Shown one piece after another: positions 41,872 through 51,761 of a DNA stretch of 52,072 bases. The DNA is from an uncultured Flavobacteriales bacterium (GTDB lineage: Bacteria; Bacteroidota; Bacteroidia; Flavobacteriales_F; PHOS-HE28). The notes under the pieces were generated by a model that was not told the origin of the DNA, did no database searches, and saw only the letters and a list, made by a program, of their open reading frames with translations. The stretch lies in contig CALMYC010000019.1 of assembly GCA_937873385.1 (NCBI GenBank), positions 1-52,072 on the forward strand. Direction: 5' to 3'. Position numbers and translations under genes: made by a program. Positions within the stretch are counted from its first letter, which is position 1. Every line of letters starts with the position of its first letter.

Positions 41872-43671
41872 ATGAAGCAACCATACGCATTGACCATCGC
41901 CATTGCCCTGCTCGCCCCTGTTGTGCTTGAGGCCCAGTATGCTACGAATACATTGGACATGAACGATGTGGAGGCCCTCTTCCATGTCAACGGCCTCATC
42001 GGCCTGAACACATCCACCTACGGCCCCGGCTACTTCGTGCCCAACCCAGGTTCGGGATCGGGTCCGTCGCCGTTGTTTGCCGGCAACCTGTGGATCGGTG
42101 GCCTCGACTCATCCGGAACCCTGCACCTCGCTGCCGAGCGGTTTGAGCAGGAAGGACGAGATTTTTTCCCGGGCCCGTTGGGCACCAATGCAAGCATTTC
42201 CGGCACCACGATGCTCGCATACAACCAACTCTGGAAAGTGAGCCGTGCTGATGTGATGCGGCAGGTCGCCTACTTCAACTGCCTCGCCGACCCGAATTGC
42301 AATGAACAACTGGAATTCCCCGGCTATACCGTGCCCTCCTATTTCTACAACTGGCCCGCCCATGGCGATGTGAGCTTGGGGCAAGCGTTCAATCTCGCGG
42401 ACTTCTACGACTATAACCAGGACGGGCAATACAACCCCGACGAAGGCGATGCCCCCTGCGTGCCGGGTGATCAGGCACTCTTTTCCATTTTCAATGACAA
42501 CCTGGAAAACCATGGTGAGAGCGGAGGCCAGCGCATTGGCCTGGAGGTCCATTTCACCCCTTTCGCTTACAACAGCAACAACGTCGCCGTGGACCAGACC
42601 GTCTTCATGCGCTACCGTATCATCAACCGGGGCGCGCTGACCTTGCACAACACCTACATCGGCCTGTGGAACGATTTTGACATCGGGGGGGGCAACGATG
42701 ATTATGTGCAATGCGATGTGGGCCGGAGCCTGTTCTATGGTTTCAATGGTGACGCAGTGGATCAAGATACCAATGGATATCCAGGCTATGGTGCCAACCC
42801 TCCTGCTTTCGGGGAAGTGATCCTGCAAGGTCCGCACTTGGATGCCGATGGCGTGGACAACACGGATGTGAACAGCCTTCCCGGTTACAATGGAACCGGT
42901 TTCAACGACGGCATTGCGGACAATGAGCACATCGGCATGAGCCACTTCGTCTATTTCAACAATGTGCAAGGAGCGACCGGTGATCCCGACATAGCCCAGG
43001 ATTATTACAACTATTTGGAGGGCCGTTGGCGGGATGGCACTCCGTTCACGTACAGTGGCACCGGCTATTCCACGGATACCAGCGCCGTTCAAACCGATTT
43101 CATGTTCCCCGGGAATAGCGACCCACTGGGAGTGGGAACCGGTGGCACGTTGATGCCCGCCTGGAACGAAGTGACCGAAGGAAACATGCCCGGAGACCGG
43201 CGTGCCTTGGCCTCCATGGGCCCCTTCACCTTTGTTCCCGGCCAACAGGAGGATATCGTGGTGGCTTATGTGTTCACCCGGGCCATGAGCGGCGGTGCCG
43301 AACCCAGTGCCCAGGCGCTGAAGCTCAACACCGACAGCATTCGCGCCTTTGCCCATACCATCCCCGGCCTGCTGGATGGCTCCGGGTCCGCCTGCGACCA
43401 ATTGCCTACGGCAATCGCATCCCATGCGGCAGGATACAACGCGCTCCGCCTTTTCCCCAACCCGGCCACGGACAAGATGACCGTCCTGCTTCCAAGCGGT
43501 CATGCGAAGGGAACGATCACCCTGTTTGATGCACAAGGCGCAGCGGTGCTGGAACAAACTGTGCTTGGCGCGCACACTACATTGGACCTGGCCCGACTTG
43601 CACCGGGCTTGTACCTGGCACGGGTGCAGGAAGGCGCTCGTAATTACAGCCGGACATTCGTGAAGGAATGA
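41872..43671 (+). CDS. Secreted protein with a T9SS C-terminal sorting domain
   Basis: ORF 41605.. trimmed to the ATG at 41872 (MKQPYALTIAIALLAPVVLEAQ). The C-terminus is LRLFPNPATDKMTVLL...GLYLARVQEGARNYSRTFVKE. Confidence 0.75.
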   Translation: MKQPYALTIAIALLAPVVLEAQYATNTLDMNDVEALFHVNGLIGLNTSTYGPGYFVPNPGSGSGPSPLFAGNLWIGGLDSSGTLHLAAERFEQEGRDFFPGPLGTNASISGTTMLAYNQLWKVSRADVMRQVAYFNCLADPNCNEQLEFPGYTVPSYFYNWPAHGDVSLGQAFNLADFYDYNQDGQYNPDEGDAPCVPGDQALFSIFNDNLENHGESGGQRIGLEVHFTPFAYNSNNVAVDQTVFMRYRIINRGALTLHNTYIGLWNDFDIGGGNDDYVQCDVGRSLFYGFNGDAVDQDTNGYPGYGANPPAFGEVILQGPHLDADGVDNTDVNSLPGYNGTGFNDGIADNEHIGMSHFVYFNNVQGATGDPDIAQDYYNYLEGRWRDGTPFTYSGTGYSTDTSAVQTDFMFPGNSDPLGVGTGGTLMPAWNEVTEGNMPGDRRALASMGPFTFVPGQQEDIVVAYVFTRAMSGGAEPSAQALKLNTDSIRAFAHTIPGLLDGSGSACDQLPTAIASHAAGYNALRLFPNPATDKMTVLLPSGHAKGTITLFDAQGAAVLEQTVLGAHTTLDLARLAPGLYLARVQEGARNYSRTFVKE

Positions 43672-43817
43672 GCCGCCGGACCCCCTGGAAGCAGCATCCA
43701 TGATCCCCGGGCGGGCCTTTTTCGCCCCCCTGTGACCCAAGCACCCCTGGCACGAAATGATCCGTGATGGTGCTTCATTCACTGCACCCACCATTATCTT
43801 CGCGGCCCCATTCACCT

Positions 43818-43899
43818 ACCCAGGTGGCGGAATTGGTAGACGCGCTGGTCTCAAACACCAGTGATGCAAGTCGTGCGGGTTCGACTCCCGCCCTGGGTA
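43818..43899 (+). tRNA. tRNA-Leu (anticodon CAA)
   Basis: The cloverleaf folds by hand. The acceptor is ACCCAGG/CCTGGGT. The anticodon stem CTGGT/ACCAG carries the loop CTCAAAC. There is a long variable arm and a T arm GCGGG TTCGACT CCCGC. The discriminator is A. Confidence 0.9.
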
Positions 43900-43972
43900 C
43901 TCAGGGATCAGCTGATCATGGGATCGGATGATCAGATGATCGGGGCCGTAAGATGGCTGCCGATGTGGTCCG

Positions 43973-44422
43973 ATGCAGCACGAAGTCCTTGTTTATCCAG
44001 ATGCCGCCAAGCAGGCACGCTATGACAGGGCCTACATGAAAATGGCCCTGGAGTGGGCCAAGTTGAGCCACTGCAACCGTAAGAAGGTGGGCGCCTTGCT
44101 GGTGAAGGACGGCATGATCATCAGCGACGGCTACAACGGAACACCTTCCGGCTTTCCCAATGATTGCGAGGACGGGCATGGCCTGACGCACTGGTATGTG
44201 CTCCATGCGGAGGCCAATGCCATCATGAAGGTGGCCCGCAGCACCAACAACGCCCGGGGCGCCACGCTCTACCTCACCCACAGCCCCTGCAAGGATTGCA
44301 GCAAACTGGTCCTGCAGTCCGGCATCAAGCGGCTCGTCTATATGGATGCATACAAGGATACCGCCGGGCTGGACCTGCTGGAAAAGGGGGGCGTGCTCAT
44401 CCATAAGATCCCCGCATCGTGA
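43973..44422 (+). CDS. dCMP deaminase (ComEB-type)
   Basis: HAEANAI (zinc/His-Ala-Glu) and PCKDCSKLV (PCxxC), with ISDGYNGTPSGF. Length is 149 aa. Confidence 0.85.
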   Translation: MQHEVLVYPDAAKQARYDRAYMKMALEWAKLSHCNRKKVGALLVKDGMIISDGYNGTPSGFPNDCEDGHGLTHWYVLHAEANAIMKVARSTNNARGATLYLTHSPCKDCSKLVLQSGIKRLVYMDAYKDTAGLDLLEKGGVLIHKIPAS

Positions 44423-46050
44423 ACACCAACGCCCCACCCAAGCGGCCGTGGTCGGTCTTTTACCCGTTGATGCTGGGAGCGGCTTTGGGTGGAGGCTATC
44501 TGCTGGGCCATGCCATGGGCAGCGGGAATGCCGTCAATACAGGATTCCTGGATGCGGGCCGCAACACGCCTGCCGCAAAGCTCCAGCAGGTGCTCAGCTT
44601 GATCGACAGGCAGTATGTGGACACCGTGCAGGAGGGCAAACTGGTGGATGAGGTGCTCCAGAACATGCTGCAACAGCTGGACCCGCACAGTTACTACATC
44701 CCGGCCTCTGAGCTGCAGGCCGCACAGGAACCGCTGGAGGGCAGTTTCATGGGCATTGGCGTGGAATTCGCCATCCAGCACGACAGCATCGTGGTGATCG
44801 CCACCATTGAAGGCGGGCCAAGCGAAGCATTGGGCATACGACCAGGCGACCGCCTCACCAGTGCGGATTCAACCCGGTTGACCGGGCCCGACGTTACCAA
44901 TGACGTGGTGATGAAGTCGTTGCGCGGGCCGGCAAACTCAAAGGTCACCGTGGGCGTGGTGAGGCGGGGAAGCAAGCCGTTCAGGGTCACCATTACGCGG
45001 GGACCCATTCCCATCAACTCCCTTGCCGTGGCACTAATGGACAGCGGGGGAACCGGCTATGTAAAGCTCTCCCGCTTTGCGCGGACCACGCACGACGAGT
45101 TTGTCAAGGCCACTTCGGAGCTCAAGGCACAGGGCATGAAGCGCCTGGTGCTCGACCTGCGCGGCAATGGAGGCGGATACCTGAACGCGGCCATCGGTGT
45201 GTGCGAGGAACTCCTGCCCAAGGGAACGGAGATCGTGTACACCCAAGGGCGCGCATCTCCGCGCCAAGACTACAAGGCGGACGGGGATGGCTCCTTGGTG
45301 AACATGCCCTTGGCCATCTTGATCGATGAGGGTTCCGCATCCGCCAGTGAGATCGTGGCCGGTGCCATGCAGGACAATGACCGCGCGGTGATCGTGGGCC
45401 GGCGTTCCTTCGGCAAGGGCCTGGTGCAGGAAGAGATCGACCTGCGCGACAACAGTGCGGTCCGCATCACCACCGCCCGCTACTACACGCCCAGCGGGCG
45501 TTGCATCCAAAAGCCCTACGGCAAGGGAATCGACTACAAGGACGACCTGGAGGAACGGTACATGCATGGCGAACTGCTCAACATCGACAGCATCCGCCTT
45601 GATTCATCTGAAGCATACCGCACCAGGAAAGGGCGCACCGTGTACGGCGGCGGCGGTATCATGCCGGACATCTTCGTGCCCGCCGATACAAGCGACAATT
45701 CCACCTATCTCAGCGAACTCTTCTTCTCCGGCGCCCTCAACCAGTATTCCTTCGACCTGGCAGACCGGCAACGCGCCACGTTGAAGCAGTACGGGAACCC
45801 GCTGAACTTCGACCGCAACTATGTGATCACCAATGCGCACCTGCAACAATTGGCGGTGGAAGCAAAAGCCTTGGGCGTTCCGGAGGACCCAGCAGGTCTC
45901 AAACGCTCGGCCCCGCAGATCGGCTTGCGTCTCAAGGCGGGTGTCGCCAGGAATATCTGGGGCGACAAGGGCTACTACCGCGTGCTGCTCGGCAAGGACC
46001 GTATCTATGAACGGGCCAAGGAGGCGCTGGTCAACGGCACTGCCTTGTAG
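44419..46050 (+). CDS. S41 family C-terminal processing peptidase (copy 2)
   Basis: LDLRGNGGGYL, ILIDEGSASASEIVAGAMQDNDRAVIVGRRSFGKGLVQ and a PDZ segment. It has an ATGA-type overlap with the deaminase gene. Confidence 0.9.
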   Translation: MNTNAPPKRPWSVFYPLMLGAALGGGYLLGHAMGSGNAVNTGFLDAGRNTPAAKLQQVLSLIDRQYVDTVQEGKLVDEVLQNMLQQLDPHSYYIPASELQAAQEPLEGSFMGIGVEFAIQHDSIVVIATIEGGPSEALGIRPGDRLTSADSTRLTGPDVTNDVVMKSLRGPANSKVTVGVVRRGSKPFRVTITRGPIPINSLAVALMDSGGTGYVKLSRFARTTHDEFVKATSELKAQGMKRLVLDLRGNGGGYLNAAIGVCEELLPKGTEIVYTQGRASPRQDYKADGDGSLVNMPLAILIDEGSASASEIVAGAMQDNDRAVIVGRRSFGKGLVQEEIDLRDNSAVRITTARYYTPSGRCIQKPYGKGIDYKDDLEERYMHGELLNIDSIRLDSSEAYRTRKGRTVYGGGGIMPDIFVPADTSDNSTYLSELFFSGALNQYSFDLADRQRATLKQYGNPLNFDRNYVITNAHLQQLAVEAKALGVPEDPAGLKRSAPQIGLRLKAGVARNIWGDKGYYRVLLGKDRIYERAKEALVNGTAL

Positions 46051-46105
46051 GTCGCCCAAAGGCTGGCCATGGAGTGGGAAAGTGGCCCGCTGACAAGAAA
46101 CAGGG

Positions 46106-46148
46106 CCAAAAAAGACGGGGAGCCTTGCGGCCCCCCGTTCTTTCTGTT
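46106..46148. terminator. Bidirectional intrinsic terminator
   Basis: ccaaaaaa gacggggagcc ttgc ggccccccgt tctttctgtt. The stem has one A-C mismatch, and T-runs follow it on both strands. Confidence 0.65.
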
Positions 46149-46159
46149 CCGGTTGGGAA

Positions 46160-46453
46160 TTACTTCGTGACCGACTTGGCGGCATCAGCGGCCTTGTCCA
46201 CGGCCTTGTTGGCGGCGTTCGCGGCAGCGTCAACCGTGTTGCTCACGGCAGCCTTGGCGGAATCAACCACCGCACCAGCGGCGCTGTCCACGGTTGTGGC
46301 GGCAGCCTTAGGGTTTTCCCGGGCCTTTTTTAAAATCTAGGAGGCGCCGTCCTTTGGCGCTTCCATCGCAGATGCGGCATTTTCATCGACATTACCTACG
46401 CCAGCCAAAAAAAGTGCCGCAGTGGTGGCGAGCATGGCGAACTTCCTGATCAT
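46160..46453 (-). pseudogene. Small Ala-rich secreted protein frame (97 codons) interrupted by an in-frame TAG
   Basis: The minus strand from ATG 46453 reads MIRKFAMLATTAALFLAGVGNVDENAASAMEAPKDGAS, then TAG (46337-46339). The same frame continues ILKKARENPKAAATTVDSAAGAVVDSAKAAVSNTVDAAANAANKAVDKAADAAKSVTK, then TAA (46160). The terminator follows directly. Confidence 0.45.
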
Positions 46454-46578
46454 CCTTGTTGTTTTTTTGGTGAAAGTGGCCGCAAATGTAGTCGGATTCC
46501 GGACGGTCAGGAAAAATTTGTTACCGACTCGCTTAATTTGCGCCTTCGTTCGTCTAACCCAATAAAACGTCCCATAAA

Positions 46579-47187
46579 ATGCCCTTCCAACTCCCAGCTC
46601 TACCCTACGCCTTCAATGCGTTGGAACCCCATATCGATGCACGCACCATGGAAATCCACCACGGCAAGCACCATCAGGGCTACGTCAACAACCTCAACAA
46701 AGCCATTGAAGGCACCCAACTGGACGGAAAATCCATTGATGAGATCCTGAAGGGGCTGGACATGAAGAACATGGCCGTTCGGAACAACGGCGGTGGGCAT
46801 TACAACCACAGCCTGTTCTGGTCGGTCATGGCCCCCAATGCCGGGGGAACTCCGGCGGGGGAGCTTGGTGATGCCATCAAGCATGCCTTCGGCACCTTCG
46901 ATGCCTTCAAGGAGAAATTCGAACAAGCCGCTGCCACACGTTTCGGCAGTGGTTGGGCTTGGTTGTGCGCCCACAAGGGGGGCAACGTGGAAGTGTGCTC
47001 CACCCCCAACCAGGACAATCCGTTGATGCCCGAAACAGGCTGCGGCGGAACCCCCATCCTCGGGGTTGATGTTTGGGAGCATGCCTACTACCTCCACTAT
47101 CAAAACCGCCGCCCTGATTACTTGAAGGCCTGGTGGAACGTGGTGGATTGGAACGCCGTGGCCAAGCGCTACGCGGCGGCAAAGTGA
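46579..47187 (+). CDS. Fe/Mn-family superoxide dismutase
   Basis: [32 protein letters not shown]...DVWEHAYYL...; 202 aa. Metal specificity was not decided. Confidence 0.95.
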   Translation: MPFQLPALPYAFNALEPHIDARTMEIHHGKHHQGYVNNLNKAIEGTQLDGKSIDEILKGLDMKNMAVRNNGGGHYNHSLFWSVMAPNAGGTPAGELGDAIKHAFGTFDAFKEKFEQAAATRFGSGWAWLCAHKGGNVEVCSTPNQDNPLMPETGCGGTPILGVDVWEHAYYLHYQNRRPDYLKAWWNVVDWNAVAKRYAAAK

Positions 47188-47207
47188 ACCTTTGGGTGAT
47201 TGATCAG

Positions 47208-47246
47208 GCGGGCGGCCGGGCAACCACGGGCCGCCCGCTTACTTTT
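47208..47246 (+). terminator. Intrinsic terminator after the SOD gene
   Basis: A 10-bp GC stem, gcgggcggcc/ggccgcccgc, followed by ttacttttgg. Confidence 0.6.
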
Positions 47247-47251
47247 GGTGC

Positions 47252-47653
47252 ATGCCGTCACGCCTGCTGGACCTGCTGCCTGGTGTGTTGCTGGCTCTGC
47301 TTGCACCACCTGCCTGTTGGGCTGCCGGGCCCTATCTTGATCCCTCGCGCAGCTTGGCGGCCGAAATCAGGGGGTTGCCTCCACCTCCGCAGCAGGCCAC
47401 CCGTCAAGAACCTCAACGGCTGGTTGCGGCGGGCCTGGCATTGACCTTGGGCACTTTCGGGGCCCACCGGCTTTATCTCGGCACGGATGCCAAGGTGCCC
47501 GTCATCTACGGGCTTACATTCGGTGGTTTCGGTGTACTGGCGTTGATCGACCTGGGCCAAATCCTCTTCACGAAGGACCTGGGGACCTATCGCAACAACG
47601 ACCAGGTCTTCATGTGGGGCAAAGGGCACAAGGAAGAACTTACTCCACCGTAA
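47252..47653 (+). CDS. TM2 domain-containing membrane protein
   Basis: GLALTLGTFGAHRLYLGTDAKVPVIYGLTFGGFGVLALIDL matches the TM2 domain pattern. Confidence 0.7.
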   Translation: MPSRLLDLLPGVLLALLAPPACWAAGPYLDPSRSLAAEIRGLPPPPQQATRQEPQRLVAAGLALTLGTFGAHRLYLGTDAKVPVIYGLTFGGFGVLALIDLGQILFTKDLGTYRNNDQVFMWGKGHKEELTPP

Positions 47654-49484
47654 CGCTTTTCGCCAGATTCCGCGGCTGGTCCACGTTGCATCCCCGCATT
47701 ACCGCAATGTGGTAGCTGAGCAACTGAAGTGGCACCACCGCCAACAAGGGCACAAAGGCATCCGGCGACGCGGGGATCTCGATACAGTGGTCCGCAATGC
47801 CCTTCACCGTGGTATCGCCTTCAGTAACGATGGCGATCACCTTGCCCTTGCGCGCCTTCACCTCCTGGATGTTGCTCACCACCTTCTCGTAGCTGGCACC
47901 CTTGGTGGCGATCACGATCACGGGCATTTCCTCATCGATCAATGCGATGGGGCCGTGCTTCATCTCGGCTGCAGGATAGCCTTCCGCATGGATGTAGCTG
48001 ATCTCCTTGAGCTTCAACGCACCTTCCAGCGCCACCGGGAACGAATAGCCACGGCCCAGGTACAGGGCGTTGCGTGCATCCTTGTAGATGTCCGCAATGT
48101 ATTTCACCTGAGCCTCGGACTTCAACACCTTCTCCACCTTGGCGGGGATGGCGTCCAGTTCAATCAGCAGTTCCTGGAAGCGCGCCCCGTCAATGGTCCC
48201 CTTGCGTTGACCGATCATCAAGGCCATCAGGGTAAGCAGGGTTACCTGCGCCGTGAAGGCCTTGGTGCTGGCCACACCGATCTCCGGACCTGCGTGGGTG
48301 TAGGAACCCGCGTGCGTTACCCGGGCGATGCTGCTCCCGACCACATTGCAAATGCCGATGATGGTGGCGCCGCGCCCCTTGGCAAGCTCAATGGCCGCCA
48401 GGGTGTCCGCTGTTTCGCCGCTTTGGCTGATGGCGATCACAATGTCGCCCTCCCTGATCACCGGGTCCCGGTACCGGAACTCACTGGCGTACTCCACTTC
48501 CACCGGTATGCGGGCAAACTCCTCGAACAAGTATTCGCCCACCATGCCCGCATGCCAACTCGTGCCGCAGCCCACGATCAGGATCCGCTTGGCATTTACC
48601 ATGCGCTGCTCGTGGTCTTTGATGCCGCCCAGGACCACCTGCCCTTGGGCAAGGTTCAGGCGGCCACGCATGGAATCCCGGATGCTGCGCGGCTGCTCGT
48701 TGATCTCCTTGAGCATGAAGTGCTCATAGCCGCCTTTCTCCAGTGCCTCCAACTGGATCCCCAGGGCCTGAACGGATGGGCTCTTCTCCTGGTTCCTGAT
48801 GTTGCGGATCCGAAGACCACGGCCACGCTCAATGATGGCGATCTCCCCGTCTTCCAAATACACCACGTTGCGCGTGTGTTCCACAATGGGTGTGGCATCG
48901 CTGGCCAGGAAATGGTCGCCATCCTCGCCGATGCCGATGACCAGCGGGCTGCTCTTGCGCGCCGCCACCAGCATGTCCGGGGATTTGGAATCGAGCACCA
49001 CAATGGCATAAGCGCCCACCACGTGCCCCAAGGCCAGACGAACGGATTCGGCCAGGTCGGTGCCTTCCGTCCGCTGGATGTCGTCGATCAGGTGCACCAG
49101 CACTTCCGTGTCTGTCTCGCTGCTGAATTTGTAGCCCCGGCTTATCAGCTCTTCCTTCAGTGTGGCGTAGTTTTCGATGATCCCGTTGTGGATCAAGGCC
49201 AGTTCACCGTTTTGGGAGGTGTGGGGGTGGGCGTTCACATCATTGGGCTCGCCATGCGTGGCCCAGCGTGTATGCCCGATGCCAATGGTCCCCGACATGG
49301 ACTTCCCGCCCACATGGGCCTCCAGGTCGCTCACCTTCCCCTTGCACTTCATCACCAAGGGCATTCCATCGTTGATGATGGCCACCCCGGCACTGTCATA
49401 GCCGCGATACTCAAGCCGCTTCAGGCCATTGATCAGGATGGGGTAGGCCTGCTTGGTTCCCAGGTATCCTACAATGCCGCACAT
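47640..49484 (-). CDS. glmS: Glutamine--fructose-6-phosphate aminotransferase (isomerizing)
   Basis: MCGIVGY... (N-terminal Cys amidotransferase), two SIS domains, and a C-terminal ...NLAKSVTVE. Length is 614 aa. Confidence 0.95.
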   Translation of the reverse strand: MCGIVGYLGTKQAYPILINGLKRLEYRGYDSAGVAIINDGMPLVMKCKGKVSDLEAHVGGKSMSGTIGIGHTRWATHGEPNDVNAHPHTSQNGELALIHNGIIENYATLKEELISRGYKFSSETDTEVLVHLIDDIQRTEGTDLAESVRLALGHVVGAYAIVVLDSKSPDMLVAARKSSPLVIGIGEDGDHFLASDATPIVEHTRNVVYLEDGEIAIIERGRGLRIRNIRNQEKSPSVQALGIQLEALEKGGYEHFMLKEINEQPRSIRDSMRGRLNLAQGQVVLGGIKDHEQRMVNAKRILIVGCGTSWHAGMVGEYLFEEFARIPVEVEYASEFRYRDPVIREGDIVIAISQSGETADTLAAIELAKGRGATIIGICNVVGSSIARVTHAGSYTHAGPEIGVASTKAFTAQVTLLTLMALMIGQRKGTIDGARFQELLIELDAIPAKVEKVLKSEAQVKYIADIYKDARNALYLGRGYSFPVALEGALKLKEISYIHAEGYPAAEMKHGPIALIDEEMPVIVIATKGASYEKVVSNIQEVKARKGKVIAIVTEGDTTVKGIADHCIEIPASPDAFVPLLAVVPLQLLSYHIAVMRGCNVDQPRNLAKSVTVE

Positions 49485-49493
49485 GGTCCAGGT

Positions 49494-50840
49494 TCAATAG
49501 GTGGTGAAGGTAAGCACCAGTTTCATGGGGCCGGACGCGTCTGCCGGGCCGTTCAGCACAGCCCGGTTCACCGACACCCCGTTGCTCCCCGCCACCAGCG
49601 ACAAGCCCGTATTGGCATAGGTGCCGTTCAGCACACCCTGCACCCAGCGGGTCAGGTTCAACCGGTATTCCTTGTTGGCAGCATCAAAAAAGCCGCCCAC
49701 GTCCCCTTGGCCTGCGATCTGGTCGGGCACCAGCAGGTCGGTGCCGGTAGCCGATTTGCGAAAGGCGAATAGCTGGCCTGGCGGCAAATAGGTTGGATGG
49801 AAGTCCCCTGCCACCGGCACCACCAGTTCCGCCTTGGCCAATGCGTGCAGTGAAGCCCCTGCGTATTGGCCCAAGTTCGGGAACCGCACTTCGGTGCGCA
49901 TGCCGCCCAACGCCTGAATGTAGGTGGCTGTTTGGCCGAGCGTAGTGTCCACAAGCGTCTCGGCCAGGCCTGGCACGGATGCGAGTGACCGGTCGAACCG
50001 GACAGTTGTGTAGCGGGCACTGCTTGTGCCGATCACAAAATCAAAGGAAGCGTTGACACCCGCACCATTGTGGTAGTACAAGGTCATCTTTGATGCACCA
50101 TTGAGCAGGTTGAACCGCCAAACACCGCCTTGGAGCGCGGCTTGCCCAGGATTGTCGGCCACCACGTACAACCCCTTGAAAAAGGCCATGAAGGAAGCGT
50201 TGTCCAACATGGTGGATTGCCCCCATTGTGCAAGCAGTTCGTTACCCAGCGCGGGATCCAGCGGGATGCGCACCTGCGGATCCAGTGTATCACCGTTGAC
50301 CACGGGGCCAACGGTCGGGGCAGGAGTGAATGAGGCAGGCGCGCCCAGGACCAGGTCAATGCCTTCAGTGGCCGGTTGCCTGTTGCTATAATAAATGGAG
50401 TCGGTGGAGAGGTCCCCGGTCAGCCGGAATACGCTGATCCGTTGCGGGTCCAGGTCCCCGTACACGGGATCCACGGAAGCAAAGGCCAATGAGAGGACCA
50501 ATGAGTCGCAACTCATGGAGGGATCGGCCGGACCCACATTGTTCAGGCTGAGGCGCAACTGCGTGGCGGTGCCCGTGGACACAAGCCCGAACCGGTCGTC
50601 CACGTAACTGCCCACTTCATTGGCGGTGAGCACGCTCGTGCGAATGGAATCGTCCAACCGCGGCCAGGTCAGAATGCCTGTGGTATCGATGCGCCGAGTG
50701 CCCAAGGTATCTGCGGGATCAAGCACGGAGAGACCCAAGCCATCCTCCGGCTTCTTGCATCCCGGAGCCAACAGCAGGCCCAATAAACATGCGCCCGCCA
50801 AAGCAGTGCGCATGGGAAAAACGGGAACCGTGGTTTTCAA
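49494..50840 (-). CDS. Lipoprotein, DUF4270-like
   Basis: Signal/lipobox ...LLGLLLAPGCKKPEDG. Its position between glmS and glgA is the usual Bacteroidota DUF4270 context. The family assignment is from memory and context. Confidence 0.6.
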   Translation of the reverse strand: MKTTVPVFPMRTALAGACLLGLLLAPGCKKPEDGLGLSVLDPADTLGTRRIDTTGILTWPRLDDSIRTSVLTANEVGSYVDDRFGLVSTGTATQLRLSLNNVGPADPSMSCDSLVLSLAFASVDPVYGDLDPQRISVFRLTGDLSTDSIYYSNRQPATEGIDLVLGAPASFTPAPTVGPVVNGDTLDPQVRIPLDPALGNELLAQWGQSTMLDNASFMAFFKGLYVVADNPGQAALQGGVWRFNLLNGASKMTLYYHNGAGVNASFDFVIGTSSARYTTVRFDRSLASVPGLAETLVDTTLGQTATYIQALGGMRTEVRFPNLGQYAGASLHALAKAELVVPVAGDFHPTYLPPGQLFAFRKSATGTDLLVPDQIAGQGDVGGFFDAANKEYRLNLTRWVQGVLNGTYANTGLSLVAGSNGVSVNRAVLNGPADASGPMKLVLTFTTY

Positions 50841-50844
50841 AGCG

Positions 50845-51669
50845 TCACACGAGCGCTTCCTCCATCACACCTTGAAAAAACTCCAAGTGCGCGTCCAAGC
50901 GCTCATCCGGATCTTCCGTATAGGCCAGCACCGGCTTATCCACCGCCTTCACTGCATTTTCCAAGGAACGGCTCAACTTGGGGCTCCCTTTCACCACGGC
51001 ATCGCTCATGCCCATGGCAAACTTCAACAGGTCGTCCGTGGTGGACTTCCCGAGGCCCTTCAGCAGGTTTTTGTCGAAACCCTCCAAGGCCAGCTTCTTG
51101 GGCAGGTCCTTGTCCAGTTGTTCACACTTTTCATCGTAGGCGCTGAAGACGATCTTGGCATCCTCGAAGTGCGGGTCATCATTGAAAAAGTGGCGCACAT
51201 AAAGGGGGATGAACGCTGTCATCCAGCCGTGGCAATGGATGATATCCGGCCGCCAACCCAGCTTTCGCACCGTTTCCAACACGCCGCGGCAGAAGAACAG
51301 CGCACGCTCATCGTTGTCCGGGAAGAAGTTTTCATCGTCATCTTCCACACCGGCCTTGCGCTTGAAGTATTCCTCATTGTCGATGAAGTACACCTGCATG
51401 CGTGCGCTCGGCACGCTGGCCACCTTGATCAACAGCGCGTGGTCCGTGTCGTTGATGATGAGGTTCATCCCACTAAGGCGGATCACTTCGTGCAATTGGT
51501 GCCTGCGTTCGTTGATGTTGCCGAACTTGGGCATGAACACGCGGATCTCATTCCCTTTCTCCAGAAAACCCTGGGGCAACTTGCGGGCGATCTTCGACAT
51601 TCCTGTTCCATCCGTGAAGGGGTGGATGTACTGGGAAACGGTGAGGATCTTCGCGTTTTTCAAGCTCAT
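50845..51669 (-). CDS. glgA: Glycogen/starch synthase-like protein (short Bacteroidota form)
   Basis: ORF trimmed to the ATG at 51669 (MSLKNAKILTVSQYIHPFTDGTGMSKIARKLPQGFLEKGNEIRVFMPKFG...DIIHCHGWMTAF). Confidence 0.8.
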   Translation of the reverse strand: MSLKNAKILTVSQYIHPFTDGTGMSKIARKLPQGFLEKGNEIRVFMPKFGNINERRHQLHEVIRLSGMNLIINDTDHALLIKVASVPSARMQVYFIDNEEYFKRKAGVEDDDENFFPDNDERALFFCRGVLETVRKLGWRPDIIHCHGWMTAFIPLYVRHFFNDDPHFEDAKIVFSAYDEKCEQLDKDLPKKLALEGFDKNLLKGLGKSTTDDLLKFAMGMSDAVVKGSPKLSRSLENAVKAVDKPVLAYTEDPDERLDAHLEFFQGVMEEALV

Positions 51670-51761
51670 GTTCGGAAAACTTGGATTGGAACCACAAAAG
51701 TATAGACAAATTCCGCGATTTTCAAGCCTAACCGTAGTTTGGCCCTCTTTCATAGGCTCTT

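Noticed and set aside
43672-43815. The hairpin ccccgggcgggcctttttcgcccccc after the T9SS gene as an intrinsic terminator.
   Set aside because: Only a ~5-bp stem (gggcg/cgccc) forms. The T-run is in the loop and no U-tract follows, which is too weak to call.
49485-49493. Whether a glmS ribozyme lies upstream of glmS.
   Set aside because: Only 9 nt separate glmS from the upstream DUF4270-like gene, so there is no room for the ribozyme.
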